Positions 24,235-33,371 of a DNA stretch of 64,000 nt are shown here, one piece after another. The notes beneath the pieces are model-generated. The model was not told where the DNA came from and searched no databases. It worked only from the letters and a program-made list of their open reading frames with translations. The position numbers and the translations under genes were made by a program. Source of the stretch: a virus; IMG/VR virus record IMGVR_UViG_3300045988_164842, positions 24,293-88,292 of that record; one strand, 5' to 3'. The first letter of the stretch is position 1; every line of letters begins with the position of its first letter.

Positions 24235-26928
24235 ATGACTAATAGGAATATCATGGTCTACAAATTTGAAAGTCAGTTTCTCAAAGAGCATAACTATAAG
24301 CTCAATCTTTCCTTTGATGAAGCTGAGAGTTGCGGTCAGATTATCAAGATTGCCGATAATCAGTTTCTAAGAACTATCCGCAGGTTTACACTTCATACTA
24401 TCAATTTTCAGAGAGTTGAAAGACTGTATCACGAAAGAGATATCTTATCCAAGAAAAATTGCGATGAAGAAAGAAGACTGACTGTTACAAGCCGTATTAA
24501 TCGCAGTTTGTTTGTTCCTGAATACATGGAAGTCTCCATGACGACAAATTCTCAGTACAAAGAAATCATCAAAAAGAGAATTACTCTTAATGGCAAAGTG
24601 TATAGAAGACTTTCATGTTCCGCAGGACAAGCAAGGAACGAAACTGTTATCTTTTGTTCTGAAGAAATTATTTCCGATGTGAAGAAAGCTATTGACAATG
24701 ACAGAAAACCTATTCCCGTTGCTCCGTCAAAGTACAACGCCTATTTTGGTTTAGCAGGTTCCGCAACTCAGATTGTCAGTGAGCCAAGGTTCATTGTGGT
24801 GAAAGACTTTGAGAACGAAACATCTTTTAAATGTCATTGGGTGGAAGAAGCAGGCGACAATGAAGACGATATTATTTCCGAAAAGGTGATAACCCAAAAG
24901 ATGAATCGAACAGACGGCATGGGGCTTATATCTCCCAGGCTTGCTAAAAAGTGGGCGAAAGAATTAGACCTTGACTATGTTCCAAGTCAGTTCGGAATAA
25001 GACAAGCTTTTCTCAAAGGTATGTTATGCGTGTTCGATATTCACACTTTCTGTAAAGAAAAGAACCATGGTAACTACATGATAGAAACCGTATATGGCGA
25101 AAAGGTAGACATACGAAATTACGATATTATCTTTTCTGAATCTCAGTTCAAGTTGTGGAATGCGTATGATAATGAAAAAGACTATGCGGATAAATGTCGG
25201 AAGAATAAGCTTTACTGGGGTGTTCCACAATACGCTCCGAAAGAGTGCAAGAACACGCTGAAAATGAATTATCAATTCCTGCAAACGCTTAATATCAAAG
25301 ATGAAGACATTCCTCTCATATGTAATCAAACAGTTGAGTGGATAAGAGGGGTTTCATATGCGAACCCTGCATACATATTTCTGTTTTTCTTAGGGGCAAA
25401 CATAACCGAGCAGAAAATAAAAACGTTTTTGCAGTACCAAGGAAACTGGTGGCTGAAAGCGTTAATAGCAAATCCAGACCTTATGGTTCAGGATAAATAT
25501 ATCCAAAGTCAGATTAAGAGGCTTATAAAGAAAAAAATCCATGACACATACATAGGCGAAATTTTTCTTGAAGGTAATTTCCAGATACTTGTGTCAGACC
25601 CTTATGCATTCATGCAATCAGTGTGTGGTATTACACCTACTGGCTTACTGAAAGAAAATGAATACTACTCAAACTACTGGAATGAACGTGGCGTATCTCT
25701 TGTTGATGGTATGCGTTCCCCTCTCACATTTCGTTCTGAACACGTTTTAATGAATCTTATAAAGAATGATGAAACTGAAAAATGGTACAAACATTGCAAG
25801 ACTGGCGTCATTCTGAACTGGCATGGTCATGATTGCGTAAACTTCGCAGGAAGCGACTTTGACCTTGACATTCTCGCAACCACCTGTAATGATGTTGTTC
25901 TCAGGTCTACATACAAAAACGAGCTTCCTGTAGGGTATGATGTAAGCAAACCTGTAAAGATACTTCCTACGGAAGAAGACCTTATAAAAGCTGACTTCTT
26001 TTCTTTTGGTTCTATCATAGGCAGTATTACAAACAAGAGCAGTAACGCCTATGCATTGCTCGCAAATTTAGAAAGAAACCCTGAAAAGAATAAAGAACAG
26101 ATTCAGATTGTGTATAGCAGGCTTATTCAATGCTGTAAGGCTCAAGGAAAACAAATCGACAAAGCGAAAATAGGTCAAAAGGTTAAAGGTATCCCAAACA
26201 TCTGGATAAAGTATATTCCACATGATGACAGGGATACTGATGAAATTACTCAACAAAAAGACCTTATAAATACTTGCTTACTTGACAAACCTCCTTATTT
26301 TTTTATTTATCGTTATCCTGATTATTACACTAAGTATAGAAAATATATTAAAAATGCTGACGGATATTGCAAAAAGAAGTACCATGCAAGTTTGAATACG
26401 GTTTCTCAGAACCCTGATACAGCGGATAAGAAGAAATTCATTAATAGTTTTTACAAGAAAATGCCTGTGGTCGATAGCCCAAGTTCAATGAATAAGATTT
26501 GCCACTATCTCGAAAACACTGTAATGGATATTCAGAGTGAAACCACCATTAATCCAGATATAAGCAAATATCTTAGAGATAATACCGTGTTTGTATCAAA
26601 GGAGAGGGAAGACGAAATAATTTCAGCCTTTGTTGTCTTTCTTAGCGAAATCAGTACAACTTTAGGAAACAAGCACTCTGATTCGGATATTGTAAAAGTG
26701 TTCCGTGAAATCTACAGAAACTATTGTATGTCTGATGTTGTGAATGTTCTTGTCGATAATTTTTACAACAGCAAAGCTTCAGTCTTGTGGATAGTTATCG
26801 GTAAAAATCTTCTTCATAATCTTTGTGTTAATACAGTTGGAGAGGAAAATGTAATGATACCTTTTCCAGACGAACAAGGTGAAATCGAGTACATGAACAA
26901 AAGATACGGTTGGAGGGTCGTGGAATGA
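24235..26928 (+). CDS. single-subunit two-barrel RNA polymerase candidate (YonO / cellular RdRP-like)
   Basis: 897 aa; ordered motifs GIRQAFLKGMLCVFDI, VDGMRSPLTFRSEHV, NFAGSDFDLDIL (Asp triad codons 25855-25869). Confidence 0.65.
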   Translation: MTNRNIMVYKFESQFLKEHNYKLNLSFDEAESCGQIIKIADNQFLRTIRRFTLHTINFQRVERLYHERDILSKKNCDEERRLTVTSRINRSLFVPEYMEVSMTTNSQYKEIIKKRITLNGKVYRRLSCSAGQARNETVIFCSEEIISDVKKAIDNDRKPIPVAPSKYNAYFGLAGSATQIVSEPRFIVVKDFENETSFKCHWVEEAGDNEDDIISEKVITQKMNRTDGMGLISPRLAKKWAKELDLDYVPSQFGIRQAFLKGMLCVFDIHTFCKEKNHGNYMIETVYGEKVDIRNYDIIFSESQFKLWNAYDNEKDYADKCRKNKLYWGVPQYAPKECKNTLKMNYQFLQTLNIKDEDIPLICNQTVEWIRGVSYANPAYIFLFFLGANITEQKIKTFLQYQGNWWLKALIANPDLMVQDKYIQSQIKRLIKKKIHDTYIGEIFLEGNFQILVSDPYAFMQSVCGITPTGLLKENEYYSNYWNERGVSLVDGMRSPLTFRSEHVLMNLIKNDETEKWYKHCKTGVILNWHGHDCVNFAGSDFDLDILATTCNDVVLRSTYKNELPVGYDVSKPVKILPTEEDLIKADFFSFGSIIGSITNKSSNAYALLANLERNPEKNKEQIQIVYSRLIQCCKAQGKQIDKAKIGQKVKGIPNIWIKYIPHDDRDTDEITQQKDLINTCLLDKPPYFFIYRYPDYYTKYRKYIKNADGYCKKKYHASLNTVSQNPDTADKKKFINSFYKKMPVVDSPSSMNKICHYLENTVMDIQSETTINPDISKYLRDNTVFVSKEREDEIISAFVVFLSEISTTLGNKHSDSDIVKVFREIYRNYCMSDVVNVLVDNFYNSKASVLWIVIGKNLLHNLCVNTVGEENVMIPFPDEQGEIEYMNKRYGWRVVE

Positions 26929-27692
26929 TAGACTTTAAGTATGACGAATACGCATACGCTGAACATATAATCGAGAGTGGCTTTACTTCTCAGCTTTCAA
27001 ACGAGTTAAGAATTGTCGCCACATACTATCGCAGGATTTTCGATTACAAGCAAGTCGAGGTTAAAGCAAAGCTTACAGACTTATGCCGTAAACATATCAA
27101 TTCTTTTCATGTCGGGAACTACTACAAAGCAATCAATAAAGCTATTTCTGTTGCTTTCAAGGACAACGCAAGACTCGTAAAGATAAGAGAGATTCCGATT
27201 TTTCAAAAAGAACTTGACTATATAAACCAACCTGATTTATCCACAAATGAAAAAAGAGTTCTGTTTACGTTGCTTGTAATGCATAAAATCAAAAAAGAAA
27301 GATACCGTCAAATCTACCAAAAGGAAAGTCAAAGCAATGTTTATTTTGCTAAGAACGGTCGCTTCACTGAAATCAAGAAACTTAGCAATATTCCGCAAAG
27401 TCTTGATATCGACCTTGATGTGTTTTACTCTCTTACTTTGAAAGGTTATATCAATCCACTGTATAACGGAAATATTCAACTTCTTTTCCTTGACAAATGT
27501 ATTTCTTCTGAAGCTCCTGTTGCTATGATTTCAGATTTCCGAAACCTCGGCTATAGGTTTGAAATTCTTACAGGCAACAACAAATACATTGTTTGTCAGC
27601 ATTGCGGAATACCTTGCTTGAAAAGGAATAATTCTGCTATCTACTGTTCTGAAAGCTGTTGCTTACAAGCGAAGCAAGGTCAATGTTGTTAA
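26925..27692 (+). CDS. hypothetical protein with C-terminal zinc ribbon (255 aa)
   Basis: ATG 26925 lies 7 nt after GGAGGG and overlaps the RNAP stop (ATGA). C-terminus CQHCGIPC..YCSESCC. Confidence 0.7.
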   Translation: MIDFKYDEYAYAEHIIESGFTSQLSNELRIVATYYRRIFDYKQVEVKAKLTDLCRKHINSFHVGNYYKAINKAISVAFKDNARLVKIREIPIFQKELDYINQPDLSTNEKRVLFTLLVMHKIKKERYRQIYQKESQSNVYFAKNGRFTEIKKLSNIPQSLDIDLDVFYSLTLKGYINPLYNGNIQLLFLDKCISSEAPVAMISDFRNLGYRFEILTGNNKYIVCQHCGIPCLKRNNSAIYCSESCCLQAKQGQCC

Positions 27693-27825
27693 TTGTTTCT
27701 AAATTGTGAACAAATCCAGAAAACTGAAACTGCCTTATAATATCCTCTTTTCTGCTGTATTTAGACGATTATGTATTCAATACATATCTATGATAGACTA
27801 AAAATAGCAGGAAGTGGGTGTTAAA

Positions 27826-28104
27826 ATGGCTCAGTATGCGTGCATATATGGTGTTGGTGAATGCGTTGGTTGTGGTGAATGTTCGAGTAGCTTGAAATGC
27901 TCTGAATGTGGAAAGCCTATAACTAACGAAAGCCAACACCTTTGTTTTAATTGCTGGCAAAGTAATAAGATGAGGGATATGAGGTTTCTTGAAGATTTTG
28001 CAGATTACTGTGATGTTGAATACACCTTACCTGAATGTGTGGAAGTCTTTCAGGATGAATTTGAAGAATTTTGTAGAGAGGGCTATCATGAAGGTGTTGA
28101 ATGA
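27826..28104 (+). CDS. small Cys-rich (zinc-ribbon-like) acidic protein (92 aa)
   Basis: CVGCGEC..CSECGKPI..CFNCW; ATG 27826 preferred over the track GTG 27814. Confidence 0.6.
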   Translation: MAQYACIYGVGECVGCGECSSSLKCSECGKPITNESQHLCFNCWQSNKMRDMRFLEDFADYCDVEYTLPECVEVFQDEFEEFCREGYHEGVE

Positions 28105-28209
28105 TTGGGGGTGTGGACTTGAGTGTTGTAAGTATGATACCCGGCGTTATGTCTGTGATATTGTTTGTCGCAGGGTGTATCTATTTGTTTAAAGATGAAG
28201 ATTAACAAA

Positions 28210-28291
28210 GCTACCATGGTGAAATAGGAAGACACAGCGGACTTTAAGTTCGTTGAGGAAACTCATGTCGGTTCAAGTCCGACTGGTGGTT
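28210..28291 (+). tRNA. class II (long variable arm) tRNA with anticodon UUA - ochre (UAA) suppressor type
   Basis: Hand-folded. Acceptor GCTACCA/TGGTGGT (2 G-U pairs); U8, A14, G18G19; D stem GTG/CAC. Anticodon stem GCGGA/TTCGT with loop CTTTAAG (TTA at 28244-28246). Variable arm TGAG-GAAA-CTCA; T arm GTCGG-TTCAAGT-CCGAC. No encoded CCA. Confidence 0.65.
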
Positions 28292-28319
28292 CTTAGATTT
28301 AAGAAAGGAAGTTCGTGTT

Positions 28320-28481
28320 ATGAGTGGAATATCGGTCAGCAAACTTCTTGCTGAAATCTACAATAAAAACCCAGAAAAATTTGAGATAACTCTTGTAAGA
28401 GATAAATACGTCGTTGATGTTACGATGTTCTTGTCGAAGGAAGAATTATCTGAGATGCTGGATGAAAAATTTAAAGTGTAA
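28320..28481 (+). CDS. hypothetical protein (53 aa)
   Basis: Below the track cutoff; ATG follows AAAGGAAG; MSGISVSKLLAEIYNKNPEKFEITLVRDKYVVDVTMFLSKEELSEMLDEKFKV. Confidence 0.5.
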   Translation: MSGISVSKLLAEIYNKNPEKFEITLVRDKYVVDVTMFLSKEELSEMLDEKFKV

Positions 28482-28495
28482 AGGAAGTGTAATAA

Positions 28496-28810
28496 ATGAC
28501 CCAGAAAGAATTTGTAGAAGCTGTTCAGGAAACACTCAAGAGAGAAAACTATAAAGTTTCTCAGGTTTCCTTAAACGCTCTTGTAAATGCAATAGGAGAA
28601 ACAATAGTACATTGTATCGCAAATGGAGAGAACGTTCGTATACCTTATGTAGGCAACTTCTCCGCCAAGAAAAGAAAAGGTTCAAAAACTGTCTGCCATT
28701 TTGGCGAAAACATTGGCAAGGTTTTTGAAGTTCCTGCAAAGATGAAGCCTAACTTTTCTCCGGCAAAAGCATACACAGATGTATGTAATGAAATGAAGTG
28801 TGAGGAATAA
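28496..28810 (+). CDS. HU/IHF-family DNA-binding protein
   Basis: MTQKEFVEAVQETL..SLNALVNAIGETI..GENVRIPYVGNFSAKKR..PAKMKPNFSPAKA, the typical HU pattern. Confidence 0.8.
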   Translation: MTQKEFVEAVQETLKRENYKVSQVSLNALVNAIGETIVHCIANGENVRIPYVGNFSAKKRKGSKTVCHFGENIGKVFEVPAKMKPNFSPAKAYTDVCNEMKCEE

Positions 28811-29955
28811 TGGCTACTCAGGCGTTGATTGGTGGTAATCGAAAAAGAGTGGTATCGAGCAAGTGTAGTATGTGTGGAAAGTCTTATACAAACCAAGAAG
28901 ATAATTTCCCGTATACTGCTTCTGTTCTTTACAAGCACAATAACTACCGTGCAACTATCTGCTACAATTGCCTTGCGAATGAATTGTATCCATACTACTT
29001 CAAAGAATTTGGTAACGCAAATGAAACTATGCGTAGGATATGTATGCATATTGACGTTTATTATAGTGATACTATCGTAAACACATCGGCTGTAGCAAAG
29101 AAAAGCAAACCTATAGAAAAAATAAAGGCTTACATCTCTCATGCAAACCTTGTTTCTTATAAAGGGAAAACTTTCGACACAACAATTGACGAAGAAGAGG
29201 GTTACACATATGATAAAGATGATGTTCGTACATCTCTTACACTTGTAAACAAAAGAAAGATGGCAACTCAGATTACATCACTAACTTCTGAAAATGATAA
29301 TCTCAAAGCTGAAATCACTTCCCTTAAAGATGAAGTTGACACTTTGAGAAAATCTGCCGAGTTGAAAAACCTTGATTCAGATGAAGCTCAGAACTTCAAG
29401 AATTGGGGTGAGGGGTTATCACCCTCGGATTATAAGGTTCTCAATGTTCAATACCAAGAGTGGATAGAGAAAAACATTGTGGAAGATAAAACAAGAGAAG
29501 TGCTTGTAAGGAAAATTTGTATCCTTTCTTTACTTAGCGATAAAGCTTTGAAAGAGGGTAATTTTAAAGAATACAACGATATTAATAAATGCTTTGTAGA
29601 AGCTTTAAAACTTGCTTGTCTTTCACCACAACAGATGGACGATATGAAAACAAGTGAGGGTGTGACTTACGGCACACTGATTAAAAGGTTTGAACAAGAT
29701 GAACCGTTACCTGAAATCTCTGATAAGTTCAAAGATGTGGACGGCATTGTGAGATATACCACTGTTTATTTTATCGGACATTTATGTGCTATGCTCGGAA
29801 TAAAGAACCGTTTCTCTGATGATTACCATAAAGAAATGGAAAAGTACAAAACCATGCTTGACGGTTTTGAGAATTCCACATCAGAGGAAGTTTTTGACTA
29901 TTTATCTGAGAAGGGTTTTCCGACCGAGATAGGTGGTGAGGACAATTCTCAGTAA
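28810..29955 (+). CDS. hypothetical protein, possible small terminase / packaging factor
   Basis: 381 aa; N-terminal CSMCGK..CYNC zinc finger and a central coiled coil. The call rests only on position directly upstream of terL. Confidence 0.4.
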   Translation: MATQALIGGNRKRVVSSKCSMCGKSYTNQEDNFPYTASVLYKHNNYRATICYNCLANELYPYYFKEFGNANETMRRICMHIDVYYSDTIVNTSAVAKKSKPIEKIKAYISHANLVSYKGKTFDTTIDEEEGYTYDKDDVRTSLTLVNKRKMATQITSLTSENDNLKAEITSLKDEVDTLRKSAELKNLDSDEAQNFKNWGEGLSPSDYKVLNVQYQEWIEKNIVEDKTREVLVRKICILSLLSDKALKEGNFKEYNDINKCFVEALKLACLSPQQMDDMKTSEGVTYGTLIKRFEQDEPLPEISDKFKDVDGIVRYTTVYFIGHLCAMLGIKNRFSDDYHKEMEKYKTMLDGFENSTSEEVFDYLSEKGFPTEIGGEDNSQ

Positions 29956-31672
29956 TCTCGATATTGTATATTTGAAATGCAAAAAAGGTCTCGGTAAATG
30001 GACGAAATTCTACAGACATAACCCACATAGGCTTGCTTTAGAATACTTTGGTATGAAGTGGCTTACACCTATGCAGTGTATTCTAATTGACATTGTTCTG
30101 AAATTTCCGTATCTGATAATGATAGCTTCACGAGGCATGGGCAAGACAATTCTTCTTGCCGTATGTATCTGTATAAAAGCTGTTCTCTATCCGGGAATAA
30201 AAATTGTTATATCGGCAGGTAAACGCCGACAGAGTCTTGAAATTATTTTGAAAATTCAGAGTTTCTGTATGGATAGTGAAAATCTCAGGCGTGAAATCGA
30301 AGATATAAAGGTTGGTCTTGCTGATGGTGGTATTGTATTCAAGAATGGTTCAAGTGTAACAATCGCTACTGCTTCTGAAAATGCTCGTGCAATAAGAGCG
30401 AACTGGATTATTTATGATGAGTTTGTCAAGATACCAAAGATAATCATAGACACTGTTATAAGAAAATTCAAAGCCGGAGTTCGTGTACCTGTCTTTAAAA
30501 CAAAACCTGAATATAAAAATTACCCAGATGAAGAAAACTGTGAAACTTATATTTCGTCTGCTACATATAAACATCATTGGGCGTGGTTAAAGTTCAAAGA
30601 CTTTTTTAATCTCATGGTTCAAGGAAAAGACTATGCGGTCTTAGGTTTTCCATGGCAATTTGCGGTTGCTCAGGGTTACTATCCTTTAAAGCAAGTTATA
30701 GACGAAATGAATGAAGCAAGCTTTAATAGTGTTTCATGGTCTATGGAAATGGATAGTCTGTTCTATGGTGAAAGCGAAAACGCTTTCTTTTCATTCAACG
30801 AGTTCAGCAAGAATAGGGAAATCGTTTTGCCTGTATATCCAAAAGAATGTTATAAAGACCTAAGAGATAGTAAGTTTCGATATATCGAAAAGCAAGATGG
30901 TGAAATCCGCCTACTTGTAATGGACGTAGCTACGCAAGGTGGCGACAAAAACGACAACTCGGCTTATGTTCTGTATAGGCTTATCCCCGATGAGAACAAC
31001 CAGTATACCCGTTATATTTCCTATATAGAAGCTGTAAATGGAGGACACTCCCTTGACCAAGCTTTGAGGTTCAAATATCTTTACTATAATCTCGATGTTG
31101 ACTATGTAGGTATTGATGCTTTAGGTGTCGGTACTGGTGTATTCGACAATCTCGTTATCGAAATCAGAGATGAAGAAAAGGATATTGTGTATCCTGCATG
31201 GAACACGGTTGATGATGATAAAATGTCAGGGCGTTGTAAGATTAATGACGCTCCCAAAATTATCTATTCAATCAAAGCAAGTCAAATATTTAATAGTGAA
31301 TGTGCTGTTCGCCTTAAAGATGATTTGCGTAGAGGAAAAGTCAAATTGCTCATAGGAGAGGAATCAGGTTCTGAAGAACTTGAAAAGATAAAAGGATTTG
31401 AAGAACTTTCTATTGAAACACAAACTCTTTTCAGGCTTCCCTATATTCAGACAACCGCTCTGGTGAATGAAGCCGTCAATCTTTCTTATGAAGTTCAGAA
31501 TAACAACATCAAAGTAAAAGAGGCTTCGGGTATGAGGAAGGATAGATATTCTGCGTGTTCATACGGAAATCAACTTGCTTCTGAAATTGAAAAAAATTTA
31601 TACTTACCAAACGAAGCAACAAGTCTTAGTTCGCTTATAAGAATGAGGACACCTGTGTACGAAAGGCGGTGA
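29933..31672 (+). CDS. terL: terminase large subunit
   Basis: Walker A-like ASRGMGKT, Walker B WIIYDEF, C-terminal nuclease-size domain. Start uncertain (GTG 29933 or TTG 29972). Confidence 0.8.
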   Translation: MVRTILSNLDIVYLKCKKGLGKWTKFYRHNPHRLALEYFGMKWLTPMQCILIDIVLKFPYLIMIASRGMGKTILLAVCICIKAVLYPGIKIVISAGKRRQSLEIILKIQSFCMDSENLRREIEDIKVGLADGGIVFKNGSSVTIATASENARAIRANWIIYDEFVKIPKIIIDTVIRKFKAGVRVPVFKTKPEYKNYPDEENCETYISSATYKHHWAWLKFKDFFNLMVQGKDYAVLGFPWQFAVAQGYYPLKQVIDEMNEASFNSVSWSMEMDSLFYGESENAFFSFNEFSKNREIVLPVYPKECYKDLRDSKFRYIEKQDGEIRLLVMDVATQGGDKNDNSAYVLYRLIPDENNQYTRYISYIEAVNGGHSLDQALRFKYLYYNLDVDYVGIDALGVGTGVFDNLVIEIRDEEKDIVYPAWNTVDDDKMSGRCKINDAPKIIYSIKASQIFNSECAVRLKDDLRRGKVKLLIGEESGSEELEKIKGFEELSIETQTLFRLPYIQTTALVNEAVNLSYEVQNNNIKVKEASGMRKDRYSACSYGNQLASEIEKNLYLPNEATSLSSLIRMRTPVYERR

Positions 31673-33168
31673 GATGTATAGCAAAGAAAATAAAAAAGAA
31701 TAATGACGTAGACAACCTTGAAAATGGGTTGCCTTTTTCTGTTTATGAGAAACTGCAAAAGTTAAATATTCAGGACGCAAATAGCGGCTACACCCCTTTT
31801 GAACATCATCGTTGCGGTTTCTTCCCTATGAAAAGAGATAAGCTTTTCAGATTACTGAAAAATCCATACGTCAATTTCAAGGCTCTTATTAATCTGAGCA
31901 TTGATTTGTATTACGGAAATATCATGTATCGGCGGCTTTGTGACACTTTAGCTGATATGATGTTGTATTCATATACAATCGCACCTACAGGAAATGCTTA
32001 TGAAAGAACGCCTGCGAATATAGCAAAGTGGCAAAAGGCTTATGCTACAGTCACAAAGAAACTCGAAGCTATGAATATCCAGCACAATGCAAATACAATA
32101 GCAAGAGTGGTGGTTCGTGAGGGTTGTTATTATGGTGTAAGCATAAGTAGTAAAATAAGTAACTTTATGCTGTACAGGTTTCCACATGAGTATTGCAAGA
32201 TAACTTCTTTCGAGGACGGTGTTCCTTTATACGCCTTAGATTTAACGTATTTTTCAGACAAAGAAATTCTGATTAATTCTATAGGTGGAGAACTTCTTGA
32301 AGCTTATACAGCTTTCAAAACAAATCAAAGAGAGAGATGGTATGAAATCAGCTCAAAGATTTCTGTCTGTATACTTGCTGATAACAGCACCCTCAGACCT
32401 TTGCCATTGTTTTGTGGTATTTTCCCAGACCTTTATTATCTCGATGATTATAAAGACCTTGCGAAGAACAAGAGAGAGATTGACCTCTATAAGTTAATTT
32501 CTATGAAAATTCCTCTTGACTCTAAAGGAAATCTTATACTGCAAAATAAGTTTCTTACAGATTGCTACGACCAGACGGCAAACCAACTTCCCTCACAGGT
32601 AGGGTTGTCTATGTCACCTTGCAGTATTGACACAGTAGATTTCGATTCCTCGAACTCTACGACTGAGGACGTTACAGACAAAGCTACGAGGGATTTATAT
32701 AGTACCGCTGGTATATCCTCTTTTCTTTTTAATAATGAGAATGCGAGTAGTAGTGCGTTACTTCAAAGTGTGAAAAACATGATGTCTTTTGTCAGACCCA
32801 TTATGAAGAATATTGAAAACTGGATTAATCGTTGTTTGAAACTGCAAGCAGGGGTAAACTTCAAGGTAGTCTTTCAGTATGTTTCTATCTATACAAGAGA
32901 AACATATATTGCCGAACTAAGAAAAGATATGCAATATGGTTTACCTGTAAAGAGTGCTTTAGCTACATTGGAAGATATTCCGGCAACAGACCTGACAGGC
33001 ATGATGTTTCTTGAAAATAACGTGCTTGACATTCGCAGTCAACTTACGCCACCTGCAACGTCAGCTACTACCACTGTTGATGATATACAATCAGGTCGCC
33101 CTGAAAGCGATATGCTGTCCGATAGTGGTGAGCAAACAAGAGAAAGCGAGAGTAATGCCGAAAGATGA
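31669..33168 (+). CDS. portal protein candidate
   Basis: 499 aa immediately after terL; acidic/Ser-rich C-terminal tail. The start (GTG) is poorly supported. Confidence 0.6.
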   Translation: MRCIAKKIKKNNDVDNLENGLPFSVYEKLQKLNIQDANSGYTPFEHHRCGFFPMKRDKLFRLLKNPYVNFKALINLSIDLYYGNIMYRRLCDTLADMMLYSYTIAPTGNAYERTPANIAKWQKAYATVTKKLEAMNIQHNANTIARVVVREGCYYGVSISSKISNFMLYRFPHEYCKITSFEDGVPLYALDLTYFSDKEILINSIGGELLEAYTAFKTNQRERWYEISSKISVCILADNSTLRPLPLFCGIFPDLYYLDDYKDLAKNKREIDLYKLISMKIPLDSKGNLILQNKFLTDCYDQTANQLPSQVGLSMSPCSIDTVDFDSSNSTTEDVTDKATRDLYSTAGISSFLFNNENASSSALLQSVKNMMSFVRPIMKNIENWINRCLKLQAGVNFKVVFQYVSIYTRETYIAELRKDMQYGLPVKSALATLEDIPATDLTGMMFLENNVLDIRSQLTPPATSATTTVDDIQSGRPESDMLSDSGEQTRESESNAER

Positions 33169-33371
33169 TAAAGGTAATATCTGAAGAACTCAACAAGAAG
33201 CTACAAGCTAAAGGCTTTGTTCCTCTTTGTGTAGAAAGGTATACAAACGGAAACGGATATGTATACCAGAACAATTCTGAAATTATTGACTTTTTAAAGT
33301 TTAACAACTTTAAAGGTCAATTTTTTTTCTGCCAAAAACTCAAATTTGAGAAAGGTGGTGAGAAAGAATGA
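33165..33371 (+). CDS. hypothetical protein (68 aa)
   Basis: ATG overlaps the portal stop; coupled to the next gene. Confidence 0.55.
   Translation: MIKVISEELNKKLQAKGFVPLCVERYTNGNGYVYQNNSEIIDFLKFNNFKGQFFFCQKLKFEKGGEKE

Noticed and set aside
28242-28248. Reading the tRNA as an ordinary tRNA-Leu(UAA)
   Set aside because: Shifting the loop by one nt to place TAA at positions 34-36 destroys the anticodon stem (C:T and G:G mismatches). Only the register giving UUA keeps a 5-bp stem, U33 and a purine at position 37. This still needs tRNAscan-SE confirmation.
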